Below are positions 1-10,327 of a DNA stretch of 33,445 bases, one piece after another; the first letter of the stretch is position 1, and each line of letters starts with the position of its first letter. The stretch spans positions 1 to 33,445 of IMG/VR virus record IMGVR_UViG_3300037751_000502, one strand, 5' to 3'. A model generated the notes under the pieces. The model was not told the DNA's origin, made no database searches, and worked only from the letters and a program-made list of their open reading frames with translations. The DNA comes from a virus. Its lineage: Duplodnaviria > Caudoviricetes. The translations under genes and the position numbers were made by a program.

Positions 1-1205
1 ACCGCAAACTTGCCTGTCAGAAAATCGATAAGGTTAACCTTGCGTGCGTAGTCGGTATCCACATCCTCCACCCAATTGGTGCGTTCTGTCAGTACAGGGT
101 ACCCTCTGTACGTGGCAGCTTCTGTGGCCGGGGTGATGGCTTGCTCGTCCTCCTGAGAAAATTGCATCGTGGCTCGGGCCACCGAGTCCGTCATGTAGGG
201 CAAGTTGAAGCTCTCCTGCACCCTAGCCAGACAGACTGGGTATATCTTGGACCCGACCGGCCACGTATCGATTAGGGGCGACTTGATCGTGACCGAGTCG
301 GCCGCCACGGCGGTAATCTCTGCGGTCTCCCCCGCCTGACCGTACGCTACTCCCACCAGCCCACCAACTACGTAGTCCAGATTCGCAGTAGGTACAGAGA
401 GGGTGAGGGCCCCAGCAGATAAGGCAACAGGGGAGAGGTACCCTTCTGCCCACACCGGCACCCCATACGGACGAGCCTGCCAAAAAATAAGCAGGTTCTC
501 CATCCGGACGCGGTCGATATTGTTGCTGGCCAAGGTCTCGTACTCGAAGAACCGGCGCGGGTTCTCCCGAACCTTTACTCGTTGTTCTTTGCCAGAGTAC
601 GCCTCCAATACATCCGTCTTCCACTCCAGCCTCTCCACTACCGGAGTATCCCAGTTAGGGCCAAAAAACCAGCTGATCGCCCGGCGCCCTTGTATCTCTA
701 AGGTACCTGACCCTGAATTGAAAACGATTTCAAACGAGGCATCGATAGTCGGGGGACCGTCTACCTCCAGAACTACATCGTAGATATAGGAGCCCAGAGG
801 GGGCCACGAAAACAGAACGGCGGGGCCGTTAGTCAGCTCCAGCCCTTCCGCGTTCGAGGGGGTTACGCTCTGTAGTTGGTTGGCTACTAAGTACGCGTTA
901 AAAACCTCTACCTGAAGAGTCTGCGCACTTAGCAACGTCCCGACATTGATGCTTCTAGGAGCTACGTGTATTCGGTTGTAGAAGTCGTCGAAGTAGCTGC
1001 GCGCGACGCTGCCCGACTTGACGTAGGGCGTGGTCGACACCGGCCAGTTGGTTGTCATCGGCTGCGCGCCGGGGCTCGGCGTGGCGGCCCAGTAGACGAG
1101 GTCGTCGATCCACGCGTCGGTATAGTCGTACAGGTCGTCAGTCAGGTACGGGTTGTCGTGCCCGTAATCTGACGATCCCGCGAAGAAGCCTGTGATGACT
1201 GCCAC
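1..1205 (-). CDS. Tail-tip / virion structural protein (D3112/YuA-like), truncated by the window edge
   Basis: Not in the ORF track. Manual translation from GTG at 1205, directly after the TAA of the upstream gene, stays open to position 1: VAVITGFFAGSSDYGHDNPYL...SYFDDFYNRIHVAP...ERLEWKTDVLEAYSGKEQRVKVRENPRRFFEY. Confidence 0.8.
   Translation of the reverse strand, partial: MAVITGFFAGSSDYGHDNPYLTDDLYDYTDAWIDDLVYWAATPSPGAQPMTTNWPVSTTPYVKSGSVARSYFDDFYNRIHVAPRSINVGTLLSAQTLQVEVFNAYLVANQLQSVTPSNAEGLELTNGPAVLFSWPPLGSYIYDVVLEVDGPPTIDASFEIVFNSGSGTLEIQGRRAISWFFGPNWDTPVVERLEWKTDVLEAYSGKEQRVKVRENPRRFFEYETLASNNIDRVRMENLLIFWQARPYGVPVWAEGYLSPVALSAGALTLSVPTANLDYVVGGLVGVAYGQAGETAEITAVAADSVTIKSPLIDTWPVGSKIYPVCLARVQESFNLPYMTDSVARATMQFSQEDEQAITPATEAATYRGYPVLTERTNWVEDVDTDYARKVNLIDFLTGKFA
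719..732. promoter_or_regulatory. One-mismatch copy of the 14-bp palindrome (TGAAAACGATTTCA), inside a CDS
   Basis: AATTGAAAACGATTTCAAA at 716-734 is identical to 19193-19211. Confidence 0.55.
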
Positions 1206-2129
1206 TTACGGCCCCTCATACCGGATCGCCCAGCCGAAAGTACCTGTGTGGTTGATCATAAAACCGCCGTTACGCGCAGCTGCGTCTTTGCGATACCACG
1301 GGAATACCTTCCACTTGTCCGACCCGATGGTCAGGATGTCGCCCGGCGTCAGGTTGTCTACACGGCATCTTCGGGAGTGCTCCAGATCCGCGATCAGGCT
1401 CAACTTGCTAGACGGCCGACTCGCGTATGCCCGCATCGGGAGCAGGACAGACTCAGAGTTCCATACGCTAGGTAAAAGGGCTAGGAGTGGCGCTATGGGC
1501 TCTGCTCCGGGACCGGCATCCTCAACGCTCGATCCATACGCAACAACCCAATCTACGCCATCCAATTTTGCGTTCAGATACCAATTTCTGAGCCCTACGA
1601 AAGCTGCCCCTGTGCCATGAAACAGTGCCGCAGTCGTCATACGATTGTTACCAGTATTTCCTCCATTCGATGACGAGATGTATATAGGACCCCCTGCCGA
1701 TAACCCAGCACCGATGACGGTCGCCCCTATCGTAGCCCCGCACCATCCCCCCAGCCCGGCCAGAACCGGCACCGTCGACTTCCCGAAGGCCACCCACTGG
1801 TAGCTATCCACGTCGTAGTTGACGACCAAGTAGAGTTCTTGTGCGAAACCGAACACCTCATAAGTGCACGGAAAACTAATCTCACCGGTAGGAGACCCCG
1901 CCAGTGAGTAAATACGCCCGATCTGCACCACATACGGGGCGGGATTGCCGACCGCGTTGCTCTCGCATGCTAGGCAGGTGACGTTACTCCCCGTCACTTG
2001 TATCTGGAAGAACACGCCCGCTTTTGAGAGTACGTCCCCGGTCAATACCCAGCCATCGCTCTGCGCGTGGGTAAGCAGTGCAGTTCTGAGGTCAGCAAGA
2101 CTGGAGGCAGCGCCTGAGTAGTAGGCCAT
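1206..2129 (-). CDS. Virion structural protein, tail tip (D3112-like)
   Basis: 307 aa, MAYYSGAASSLADLRTALLTHAQSDGW...WKVFPWYRK...HTGTFGWAIRYEGP. Second gene after the tape measure. Confidence 0.8.
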   Translation of the reverse strand: MAYYSGAASSLADLRTALLTHAQSDGWVLTGDVLSKAGVFFQIQVTGSNVTCLACESNAVGNPAPYVVQIGRIYSLAGSPTGEISFPCTYEVFGFAQELYLVVNYDVDSYQWVAFGKSTVPVLAGLGGWCGATIGATVIGAGLSAGGPIYISSSNGGNTGNNRMTTAALFHGTGAAFVGLRNWYLNAKLDGVDWVVAYGSSVEDAGPGAEPIAPLLALLPSVWNSESVLLPMRAYASRPSSKLSLIADLEHSRRCRVDNLTPGDILTIGSDKWKVFPWYRKDAAARNGGFMINHTGTFGWAIRYEGP

Positions 2130-2142
2130 CGTGTTTGTCCTT

Positions 2143-2982
2143 TTATGCGTCGAGCCGCAGTGCGTAATAGTCGGTGTGGCCCGTGCGCGATACGCTCTGC
2201 ATCACCACGTAGGTTACTCCGCCAATGACGAGCGTGTTTTCAACGGCGTTGTTGAACCCGCTCACGTGGTAGACGCCGTCCAGTTGTCCATACAAGTTCG
2301 CCGTGTTGTCGTGGATCTCCACTGGGTGCAGCGGGTACTCACCACCCGTGTCGCGTGCTTGAGTCGTGCCACCGGTTATGTACTGGTTCCCCCATGGGTA
2401 ACAGTGCATGTTTATCCAGCCGGACGGCGTGCGCATCTGGCCCCGTGCGCTGTTACCCCGCAGGTAGAAGTCGTGCGTGGTCTCGCTGAACCGCGTGCCA
2501 GAGGCGCCGACCAACATACCCCCCGCGACCACCGGGTAGGGGAACTGACTGGGGCGGGCGTAGGGGAACATCTTGCCCAAGTACAGATGCTCGTAGACCG
2601 GCGTGCCGACCTTCATCGCCAGTACGATCCGCTGACCGTTCAGCGTGAGCCAGTAGTCGATCCGGTTGTTGTGCGCCGGGCAGCCCACCAGCGCCGCCCC
2701 CGGCTGCGTGTCGAACGTATTGCCCGGCACGTAGCCGGTGAATACCCCGGCCAGAAAGTTGTAGTAGTCCGCCCCGACATCGTGGTAGGTGCGGATGCCG
2801 ATAAAGATTTCCTCGGTGCCGGACAGCCCAATGCCCTTCAGGATCAACTCACGGTTCTCCGCTGCGGTGTCGTAGCGCAGCACCGTCCATCCGTTCGCGA
2901 CTGCAAAATCCTTGATCGTCTCAAGCATCTTGTAGTGCGCGAGCATCGTGGAATTATCCACAAAACCAATTTGATACGCCAT
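2143..2982 (-). CDS. Virion structural protein, tail tip (D3112/YuA-like)
   Basis: 279 aa, MAYQIGFVDNS...GWTVLRYD...YARPSQFPYP...GQLDGVYHVSGFNNAVEN. Directly after the tape measure; GAGG RBS. Confidence 0.82.
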   Translation of the reverse strand: MAYQIGFVDNSTMLAHYKMLETIKDFAVANGWTVLRYDTAAENRELILKGIGLSGTEEIFIGIRTYHDVGADYYNFLAGVFTGYVPGNTFDTQPGAALVGCPAHNNRIDYWLTLNGQRIVLAMKVGTPVYEHLYLGKMFPYARPSQFPYPVVAGGMLVGASGTRFSETTHDFYLRGNSARGQMRTPSGWINMHCYPWGNQYITGGTTQARDTGGEYPLHPVEIHDNTANLYGQLDGVYHVSGFNNAVENTLVIGGVTYVVMQSVSRTGHTDYYALRLDA

Positions 2983-3003
2983 GCTTTGCCCCTCTAATGA
3001 TTT

Positions 3004-6000
3004 TTAGCCTAGTGTCTGTCGCACTGCTCCGGCATTGCGCCGCAGGATGTTAAGGATTGTCTTCTCCCCCGCAGATGAGGTCAAGTAGTCGGCCGCCATC
3101 TTCGGGTCAATTACGTTGATGATCCGCACCCCGGCCCCGCCACTCTGCGGCTGCGCGGGAGCAGTCTGTGTGACCAGACCACCGTCTGCGAACGCGGGCA
3201 TGCTGGGCATACGCAACGTGGGCAACCAGTCATCCAGAACCCCCGCATTGATCGCCGACAACAGTGGCAACCACTTACGCGTCTGGGTTGCACGAGTGAT
3301 GTGCTCGCCGTGAGACACCCGAGCGATGATGGAGTCACTGGTCCCCGTCCCCGCTCCCCGGATCACACCGCCTTCCGCAAACGATCCTGCAAAGCTCTTC
3401 GCCAGCAAGAAAGCCGCGATCAGCGCCGCGACACCGATCGCTGCCGCACTACCGAACGAACCGACTGACGCGGCTGTCGCCGCAGGAGTCCATGCTGCCG
3501 TAGTTGTCGCTGCTGCAGGAACCTGCGCTGCCGCGACAGTACCAGTCGCTGCAACGGCGGACGTGGCACGAACCGTATCCGCAGCCGTAGCCGCAGTCGT
3601 AATCGTACTGATGGCGGAAACCTGCTGAGCGGCCACTTCTGCCGCCTTGGCCCCACTGTCCGGGCTGAAGATGCTCAGTAGGCCATCGATAAACCCACTA
3701 TCCCCGCCATCCCCCGTTGCGGTAGAGAATAGCTGGCGGAGGTTGTCGAAAGCCGTGCCAAATACCTTGAACACATCGGTGCCGAACTGTTGGATCACCT
3801 CCATGATCCCGGCCTTCCCGGAGAATATGTTTCTGATGCCCTCGCCGAGGTTGGTGAAGCTCTGCATCACCCCTGCGAAGAACCCTGTAGAGGGGTCACC
3901 CGCCGCGCCGCCCGGCCCGGCTATCTGGCCGCCAAGCGCACCCCCCAAGGAAGGAGCAAGGCCGCCTGCCGCTGCGACATCCTGCACATACATCGGGGTC
4001 AGGGGGGTACCGCCTCGCTGCAGTCCCGGCACGCCCGGACCGCCCGACACTAGGCTATTCGCTGCTGCGGTTGCCGCAGTGTTGGCGGTGGCCGCATCCT
4101 TGCCCGCCATGAACTTGGAGAGTACATCGCCAATCGAGCCCGTGCCCTTCAGCAGGCCGCCGAACGCCTTTTCGACAAGCTGCTCGGACGCCATCCGCCC
4201 CAGCGTCTCGGCGATCTGCAGGCCCAAGTTGCGGAAGGCATCCCCGATATTCTCGATGTCGCTGGCCGCGTTCCACAGGAAGTCGCTGAAAGCGCCACTC
4301 AGCTCTTCGTTGATCGTACCTGCCAGATCGGAGATTGTGTTGGTAAGGTCCAGATACTGCAGGTTTAGGAAGTTGAGGCGGCTGGACCACTGGGCCAACT
4401 GCTCCGGCGTCCCCGCCCCGCTGGCGATCTTCTCTTGCAGTTCGTTGATCGGGCCGACAAGGCTCTGTGCCGTGTCCCGGGCGAACGCGGCTACCTGCTC
4501 ACTGGCATCTGCGATGTCGATGAGGCCGAGCCGCAATTTGATATCGATTTCATTTCCGAACGCAGAGATAGCGGTGCGGTGTAGCTCGATCAAGTCATTC
4601 TGTAGCTCTACTGCCGCCTCGGACGCGAGTGCCAGCTTTTTCTCCAGAACGGCCCGTTGCGCTTCATCCTGAGTTGCCGCCAGTTCGGCGCGGATACTCT
4701 CCAGCCTCTGTTCAAGTTCAGGGCCGCTCTTGGCCATCTGGGTAAGAACCAGCGCCCCGACTTCGGTCGGCGCAGACAGACCGAGACGAAGTTTGGCACT
4801 GGTGCGGGAGATGAACTCATCTACTTCCGCCTCGACCCGGCCGAGCGACTTCAGTTCGATGACAATTGCGATCGTACGATCAAGCTTCGCCGTCTCTTCC
4901 GCCAGCTTTTGCAGGCGTGCAGTATCGTCCGCCAGTGCGGCGGCGGCCGTTTCCCCGTTCAGGCGACGACGCTCGGTCTGCAACCGGGTCATCAGCTCCT
5001 CGTGCTCTAGGTCCGTGCGCAAAAGCTGGGCGCGCTGTACGTCTCCGGTTTCCTCGGCAAGCTGGATCTCCAGATCCAGTATCTCCCGATTACGGTCTTT
5101 GATATCTGCTACGCGGTCACGGTCGACTTCGCCGGCAACGGCCCCCAGACGCTTTTCGAGAACGGCAATGTCTCCTCGGATGCGCGCCTGCGCCGCACGT
5201 GCCGACTCCTGCTGCGCCGCGCGGTCGTTGGGGTTGTTCTGTCCTGCTGTGTTGAACGCGTGCGTTGCCTCTACCAGTTCCTGCTGGCGTAGCTTGATCT
5301 CCCCCTTCAGCCCCTCTTCGATCAGGACCTTTCGGCCTTGGTAGTAGTCCTCCAGCGCCACCAGACCACGGGAGTAGCCGTCGCCGTATTCGTCTAGTTC
5401 CTGATTGATGGTTTCCCTCAGCAAACGAACGCGGGCGTCCAGAATCTCCTTCTCGGTACGCAGCCGGGCGAGGGCCAAATCACTACCGCTGATGTTTGCG
5501 GTGCCGTCCGCCGCTTCAGGCCCTTTGGTTGCGCCAAGGGTAATCGTACCTACAAGAGCGTTTTCGTCCCGCAGCCGGCGCAGAATCACCAGTACCGCTT
5601 CGACCTTGCCCGGGTCCATGGCATTGATCATACCGAGCAGGGTATCTCTAGAGGCATCTTTCTGGTTGGTGTCCCCCAGCTTGCTGAGCGCGGTATTTGC
5701 CTGCTGGATTTTTGAGGTAGCAGCGAGGGCTGCATTCTCCAGCACGACCATTTGCGCACGCGCGGCGGCGAGACTGACTTCTACGTCAGTACCGTCCGGT
5801 CCTTTGGTCTTGACCAGACCCCCATCCTTCGCTGCGGACATGGCTCGGCCCAGATCCTCGATCTGTGTCTTAAGTTCCGACAGTTGCTTTTTGGCCACCA
5901 CTGCAGGAAGTACCGCTGACTCAACAAGCGCAGCCATTTCGCTGGTAAAAATCTGCTTCAGTGCCGGAACGAAATCCTCTGCGGCCTCTTGAATTTCGTC

Positions 6001-8763
6001 GAAACTACCGATAACCCGTGCAGCGGCGGCGCCCTGTCTCTGTTCGATCTGGGACTGGGCTTCCGTCATATCTTGAAGCAGGGCAGTAAGCGCGTCCTTG
6101 TCTTTCTGTAGCTGATCGCGTGCCTGCCCCAGACCGAACGCATCGCCGATCTGCTCCATCGAGGCGATCTCTTTGTCGAGTTCTGCCACTCCCTTTCGGG
6201 CCTTGGCGATCTCCTCGGACAGCTTCTTGTACCGTACACTCAGGTCCGCGTTTTCGGCATCGAAACTCTCCTTGATGCCCTTGCTCTGCTCCCCCGCCAG
6301 CTTGCTGACCGCAAACTTATTGACGGCTTCGACAGACGCTTCTGCAGTCTCCTTTCGGCGACCGTCTGCCTGCTTGACCTTGACCCCGAACACTTCCGGG
6401 TCGAGCCCGCCCTGTGCCAGTGCTAGGTTGATGTACTCGTCCCGTAATGCCGCCAGCCTCTTGGTCTCGTCCTCTAGCTTTTTGTCGCGGATGCGCTGCT
6501 GCTGGTCGTGCTTACGCATTGCCTCCGAGGTCAGACCGACGGCATCTGTGACTTTCTGCCAAGCGTTGGCAAGAGGGCCCAGAAGACCCGTCATGTCCAG
6601 AATGGTAAAGATCAGGGCGCCCCACAATCCGAGGCTGAACAGCCGCATCAAACCGGCCATGATCTTTTTCAGGCCGGCGACGAGGATGGCCCCCGACGTG
6701 AGAACTTGCGCAGTAGATGCAGCGGTAAGCGCAGCGATTGCAGCGACTTCTGCTTCGGCAGCGGCGCGGGCGATCGCCACACGCTCTGCGTAATGGATAC
6801 GAGTAGCATTGAGGTCAGCGGCGAGGATGGTGCGACGAGCGGTATACACACTCTCGGCAAGCGCAATTTCGTCGCGTGCTGCCTTTTTGGCGACCCCGAC
6901 CCGCGCGGCGTAGGAAGCGTTCGCTGAAGTGATCTGGGCTGGGGTTGTCGCTACCGCCAGCGCCGCAGTGCGGGCATGGCTGGCCGCAATGATTGCGTTG
7001 GTCTCTTTAGCGTTCGCAGCAAGCAGGGCATTTGCACGGATACCCGCCGCGAGCGTCTTCTGAGTTCCGACAATCCGCTTCTGATCATTCAGGGCGAACT
7101 CGGCCGCCGTCTGCTGACCCAGTGCGGTGATCTTGGCAGTAGTGGCAGTCTCTTTGGCCTCCCGGGCCGCCGCCAGTACGAGGGAGTTGGCCTGTATCTC
7201 CTGTAGCCCGAGGTAGGCCGCCATCTGCTCTTTGAGCGCGGCCGAATGGGCTTTCGCTGCGGCGACTGCAGCAGAGCTTTGCGCGGTATTGGCATTCTGT
7301 GCCACGGTATTGGTGGCGGGAATGAACGGGCGAGAAGCCGCGCCGAGGATAACGGTAGAGGCAGAGGCGGCGAGTCCTGCGATGTGTGTTGCCGTTGCCT
7401 TGGCGCTATTTGAAATCGTTTGCAAACGGGTAGCAAACGCCTTCATGCCTGTGCCGTCAATTGCAGAAATCGCCGCGCGTACTGCCCCGAGCGTACCGAG
7501 CCACGTGGTCATGCTCCGGGCCATGTTCAGGGCGATCCACGCCGCCCCGATCTTGACCATGTTGTCCCAGTTGACATTCAAGTCGGCGACAAAGCGGACA
7601 AGGTCCACAAACGCCAGAGCCGCGCCGCCGACTGCTTCGGATATCCGAATCACGCCATCGAGCACTTCCGGACTATCTGCCCATTCCTGAAAGCGACGCA
7701 GCAGCGTGGTGACGACTGGGAGGGCCCTTTCCCCGACTTCGGAAGCCAGCGCAGTGAAGTGGTTACCGGTAATCTGGAGTTGCGCGTTGAACCCCTGCAA
7801 TACCGTTTGTTGTTCCTTGATCGCGGACAGGCCAGAAACTATACCGCTGTCAGCAAAACCGATATTCTTGTCCAGAATGGTGTTGTTGGTGTCCTGCGTC
7901 AGCTTGTTGATCAACGCAGCGATACGGCCGCCACCGGTTATCTGCTCCGACACACGCGCCCGGTCCACGTTACCGAGCGTACGCAGCACCGCTAGGTAGT
8001 CCTTCAGCGCCTGTACGGGCTTGTCCTGAACGTGGTCAGCCCACTTCTCTGCCGTTGTCCCCATTAGCTGCGCGAGTTGGGAAGACTTCGTTTGCAGGTC
8101 AAGGAATACCTTGCTGAATGACGTACCGATCGTTTCCAGCGTCAGGCCCAGATCGACACCGGTCGCGGCAAGGCCCAATGACTCAGACAGGTCCAAGCCT
8201 ACGCTGGCATCACCGATCCGTTGCACCACGTCAAGGAGGTCTTCGCCTGATGCCGTGGAGTTGTTCGACAGCTCGTTGAAGCCGGATACGATACTTTCTG
8301 CATCCTTCAGGCCGATCTTGAAGATGTTGGTGATCTTGGCGATACCGTTCGCCGCGTTCTCCACCGACACGTCCAGCACCGATGACATGCGCGAGGCGGA
8401 ATCGGTAAATGCGAGCAGGGCTTCAGAGCCTTGATTGCCCAGACCAAGCTGCCCGCCCACCGCAGCTATTTTCGCGAGGTCGGTTGCGGTGACATTGACT
8501 TGGCGGGACAAAACACGCAGAGAAGAACCAAGTTGCTGGATAGTTGCATCCGTGAACTCAGTGGTCTTCTGTACGTTGATGAGTTCTTCTTGCAGATCCG
8601 CCGCAGAGGTGATCTGGAAGGAAGCCGCGCGGAAGGCGACAATGGAGGCCGTGATGGCCCCCACAAACCGGATGATTCCGGATTCTATCGCCCTGAGCGG
8701 CAGCGTGACATTGTCGTGTGCATTGACATCAATGTCGATGTTGTTGCTACTTTTCTTGGCCAT
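3004..8763 (-). CDS. Tail tape measure protein (1919 aa)
   Basis: Very long Ala/Leu-rich helical ORF with a TP901-type N-terminal region (INVQKTTEF...DLAKIAAVGGQLG) and C-terminal FAEGG...GTGTSDSI...GEH motifs. ATG at 8763 (MAKKSS) has a GAGG RBS and is preferred over the track start at 8826. Confidence 0.95.
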   Translation of the reverse strand: MAKKSSNNIDIDVNAHDNVTLPLRAIESGIIRFVGAITASIVAFRAASFQITSAADLQEELINVQKTTEFTDATIQQLGSSLRVLSRQVNVTATDLAKIAAVGGQLGLGNQGSEALLAFTDSASRMSSVLDVSVENAANGIAKITNIFKIGLKDAESIVSGFNELSNNSTASGEDLLDVVQRIGDASVGLDLSESLGLAATGVDLGLTLETIGTSFSKVFLDLQTKSSQLAQLMGTTAEKWADHVQDKPVQALKDYLAVLRTLGNVDRARVSEQITGGGRIAALINKLTQDTNNTILDKNIGFADSGIVSGLSAIKEQQTVLQGFNAQLQITGNHFTALASEVGERALPVVTTLLRRFQEWADSPEVLDGVIRISEAVGGAALAFVDLVRFVADLNVNWDNMVKIGAAWIALNMARSMTTWLGTLGAVRAAISAIDGTGMKAFATRLQTISNSAKATATHIAGLAASASTVILGAASRPFIPATNTVAQNANTAQSSAAVAAAKAHSAALKEQMAAYLGLQEIQANSLVLAAAREAKETATTAKITALGQQTAAEFALNDQKRIVGTQKTLAAGIRANALLAANAKETNAIIAASHARTAALAVATTPAQITSANASYAARVGVAKKAARDEIALAESVYTARRTILAADLNATRIHYAERVAIARAAAEAEVAAIAALTAASTAQVLTSGAILVAGLKKIMAGLMRLFSLGLWGALIFTILDMTGLLGPLANAWQKVTDAVGLTSEAMRKHDQQQRIRDKKLEDETKRLAALRDEYINLALAQGGLDPEVFGVKVKQADGRRKETAEASVEAVNKFAVSKLAGEQSKGIKESFDAENADLSVRYKKLSEEIAKARKGVAELDKEIASMEQIGDAFGLGQARDQLQKDKDALTALLQDMTEAQSQIEQRQGAAAARVIGSFDEIQEAAEDFVPALKQIFTSEMAALVESAVLPAVVAKKQLSELKTQIEDLGRAMSAAKDGGLVKTKGPDGTDVEVSLAAARAQMVVLENAALAATSKIQQANTALSKLGDTNQKDASRDTLLGMINAMDPGKVEAVLVILRRLRDENALVGTITLGATKGPEAADGTANISGSDLALARLRTEKEILDARVRLLRETINQELDEYGDGYSRGLVALEDYYQGRKVLIEEGLKGEIKLRQQELVEATHAFNTAGQNNPNDRAAQQESARAAQARIRGDIAVLEKRLGAVAGEVDRDRVADIKDRNREILDLEIQLAEETGDVQRAQLLRTDLEHEELMTRLQTERRRLNGETAAAALADDTARLQKLAEETAKLDRTIAIVIELKSLGRVEAEVDEFISRTSAKLRLGLSAPTEVGALVLTQMAKSGPELEQRLESIRAELAATQDEAQRAVLEKKLALASEAAVELQNDLIELHRTAISAFGNEIDIKLRLGLIDIADASEQVAAFARDTAQSLVGPINELQEKIASGAGTPEQLAQWSSRLNFLNLQYLDLTNTISDLAGTINEELSGAFSDFLWNAASDIENIGDAFRNLGLQIAETLGRMASEQLVEKAFGGLLKGTGSIGDVLSKFMAGKDAATANTAATAAANSLVSGGPGVPGLQRGGTPLTPMYVQDVAAAGGLAPSLGGALGGQIAGPGGAAGDPSTGFFAGVMQSFTNLGEGIRNIFSGKAGIMEVIQQFGTDVFKVFGTAFDNLRQLFSTATGDGGDSGFIDGLLSIFSPDSGAKAAEVAAQQVSAISTITTAATAADTVRATSAVAATGTVAAAQVPAAATTTAAWTPAATAASVGSFGSAAAIGVAALIAAFLLAKSFAGSFAEGGVIRGAGTGTSDSIIARVSHGEHITRATQTRKWLPLLSAINAGVLDDWLPTLRMPSMPAFADGGLVTQTAPAQPQSGGAGVRIINVIDPKMAADYLTSSAGEKTILNILRRNAGAVRQTLG
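4539..4552. promoter_or_regulatory. One-mismatch copy of the palindrome (TGATATCGATTTCA), inside the tape measure gene
   Basis: 13 of 14 positions match TGAAATCGATTTCA. Confidence 0.45.
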
Positions 8764-9465
8764 ATTTGGTACCCTCTCCGAGCGCGTCCATGTGTTCTTT
8801 GGTCGCATCCTTGCCCGAGAGGACACCAGCTATGGCGACACTCGTATCTACAACGTAGTCGAGACGCTTCCTGCAATCCCTGCGATGCACCGACCGCAGG
8901 TATAACCGAAACTTCTCAACGGTGTAGTCCGGTATATCACTTTCGTGGTGCCCGTACTCGATCAGAAGCGATACTGCGTCTACTAACTCCTCCGGGTCCG
9001 CCGCACCTTGCTGATCTCGGCGGCGACGGTCGCGGCTTCGCTTTGCGGAATTTCTGCGCGAGCCAGCATCCCCGTCAGCAGCGGTGCTACCCGGGCGGTA
9101 AAAAAAGCGCGATTCACCTCACCGATCTTCATGATCAGTGCAAGCCCCTCCGCCGTGTCGAGTTCCCCCACCCGCTCCACAGACAGGTCCGTCATGGTAG
9201 CGATCAGTTGGTTGATGTCGTTGGGGAAATTTGAAATCAATTGCAACATCTTCACCGGGTCACCGATCGGGATCGACAAGTTACCTTGCGAGTCCGTACC
9301 GAGAATGCCGATGACCTTGGTCAGTAGCCCCAGCACAAACTCGTTGTGCTTCATCCGGACCTTGTTGACCGTGACGACGGTACCATCTTCCAGTCGTACA
9401 TCCGTTGCATCATTGAAAAGCGAGTCGGAGACTTGCGCAGCATTTGTGGCAGTTTGCGTTTCCAT
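8747..9465 (-). CDS. Tail assembly chaperone, long -1 frameshift product (lambda gpGT analogue)
   Basis: The -1 frame is open from the T-TTT-TTT run (9100-9106) to TAG at 8747: ...ADPEELVDAVSLLIEYGHHESDIPDYTVEKFRLYLRS...GTKYGQEK. It fills the gap before the tape measure. Confidence 0.8.
8983..9465 (-). CDS. Tail assembly chaperone, short form (gpG analogue), 160 aa
   Basis: Between the major tail and tape measure genes; METQTATN...EVNRAFF...KVRRTRRS. Confidence 0.85.
   Translation of the reverse strand: METQTATNAAQVSDSLFNDATDVRLEDGTVVTVNKVRMKHNEFVLGLLTKVIGILGTDSQGNLSIPIGDPVKMLQLISNFPNDINQLIATMTDLSVERVGELDTAEGLALIMKIGEVNRAFFTARVAPLLTGMLARAEIPQSEAATVAAEISKVRRTRRS
9100..9106 (-). other. Programmed -1 ribosomal frameshift slippery site T TTT TTT
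   Basis: GCT TTT TTT ACC forms an X XXY YYZ heptamer in the correct phase within the chaperone gene. Confidence 0.8.
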
Positions 9466-9501
9466 AGTGTCACCGATACCTTGAATGGTCCTGCGTATGG
9501 T

Positions 9502-9524
9502 AAAGGGGCCGGCGAACCGGCCCC
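9502..9524 (-). terminator. Hairpin or weak intrinsic terminator after the major tail gene
   Basis: GGGGCCGG-TTCG-CCGGCCCC followed by TTT. Confidence 0.65.
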
Positions 9525-9553
9525 CGTCCAACTAACCCCGCATTACTGGGGGA

Positions 9554-10315
9554 TTAGAAATTGCGCTGACGGAAGAACTTGGAGCCGGAGGTGCGGAGCG
9601 GATCGGCAAGGATCGTGCCCTTCATATCGACCGAAGCCAAGTCTTCATTCAACAGGCCGTAGCCGGTCAGCGGGTCGAACTGCGCCTTGAAGATGTCGAT
9701 GACAACCTTCGAGTCATCCACCGTGTTCAGGCCCTCGAAGCGCAGCCAACGTTCCGGCGCGGCCGACGACATGAACGCGTCCATCTGCGTGTACGACGCA
9801 AAGGTGTAGGCCACGTGCAGCACTTCTGCAGCCGTGATGGCACCGGTCGACAACGGAGTGATGGCGCCATTGACTGCATCGACGGTGTAGTCGGTATCCA
9901 CCACGTAGGTCGTGGTGCCGGGGGCACCCGCAACGTCGTCCTTGACCACAACCGAGGTCACGCCGGGGTGGGCCAGTGCATACTTCTGGTCGAGGCCGGC
10001 GGCCGCGACGGTGACAACTTCGTCGGTCACGGTGGAGCCGGTCACGGATGCCTTGGTGCCCCACAGACCGAGCGCGAGGTTATCGAGGGACAAGTTCTCC
10101 AGCTTGAAATTGAACTTGCCCTTCTTTTCCTTGATGATCGTAAGGTCGGTCAGGCGCGAGCCAGATTCCGATTCCTTGTGCTCGAAAATCGAAGTCTCGA
10201 TGTCGATCGTGAGTTCGGGCACGTTGCCCACCGCGAGGAAGCCCTGCGGGGCGCCCGCCACGGTGCGGGTGGCTACGAGCAGACTGCCCTGTCCGGAATA
10301 GTAATTGTTCGCCAT
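9554..10315 (-). CDS. Major tail (tube) protein
   Basis: 253 aa, MANNYYSGQG...VGNVPELTI...HKESESGSR...LRFEGLNT; AAGGAG RBS; located before the chaperone. Confidence 0.9.
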   Translation of the reverse strand: MANNYYSGQGSLLVATRTVAGAPQGFLAVGNVPELTIDIETSIFEHKESESGSRLTDLTIIKEKKGKFNFKLENLSLDNLALGLWGTKASVTGSTVTDEVVTVAAAGLDQKYALAHPGVTSVVVKDDVAGAPGTTTYVVDTDYTVDAVNGAITPLSTGAITAAEVLHVAYTFASYTQMDAFMSSAAPERWLRFEGLNTVDDSKVVIDIFKAQFDPLTGYGLLNEDLASVDMKGTILADPLRTSGSKFFRQRNF

Positions 10316-10327
10316 TGCTGTACTCCT

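Noticed and set aside
8764-8826. Longer ORF-track starts (8826, 9531, 12309, 21055, 22303, 27276, 30730, 32513, 33172)
   Set aside because: The extensions overlap upstream genes, terminators or palindromes; the downstream starts have SD sequences or translational coupling.
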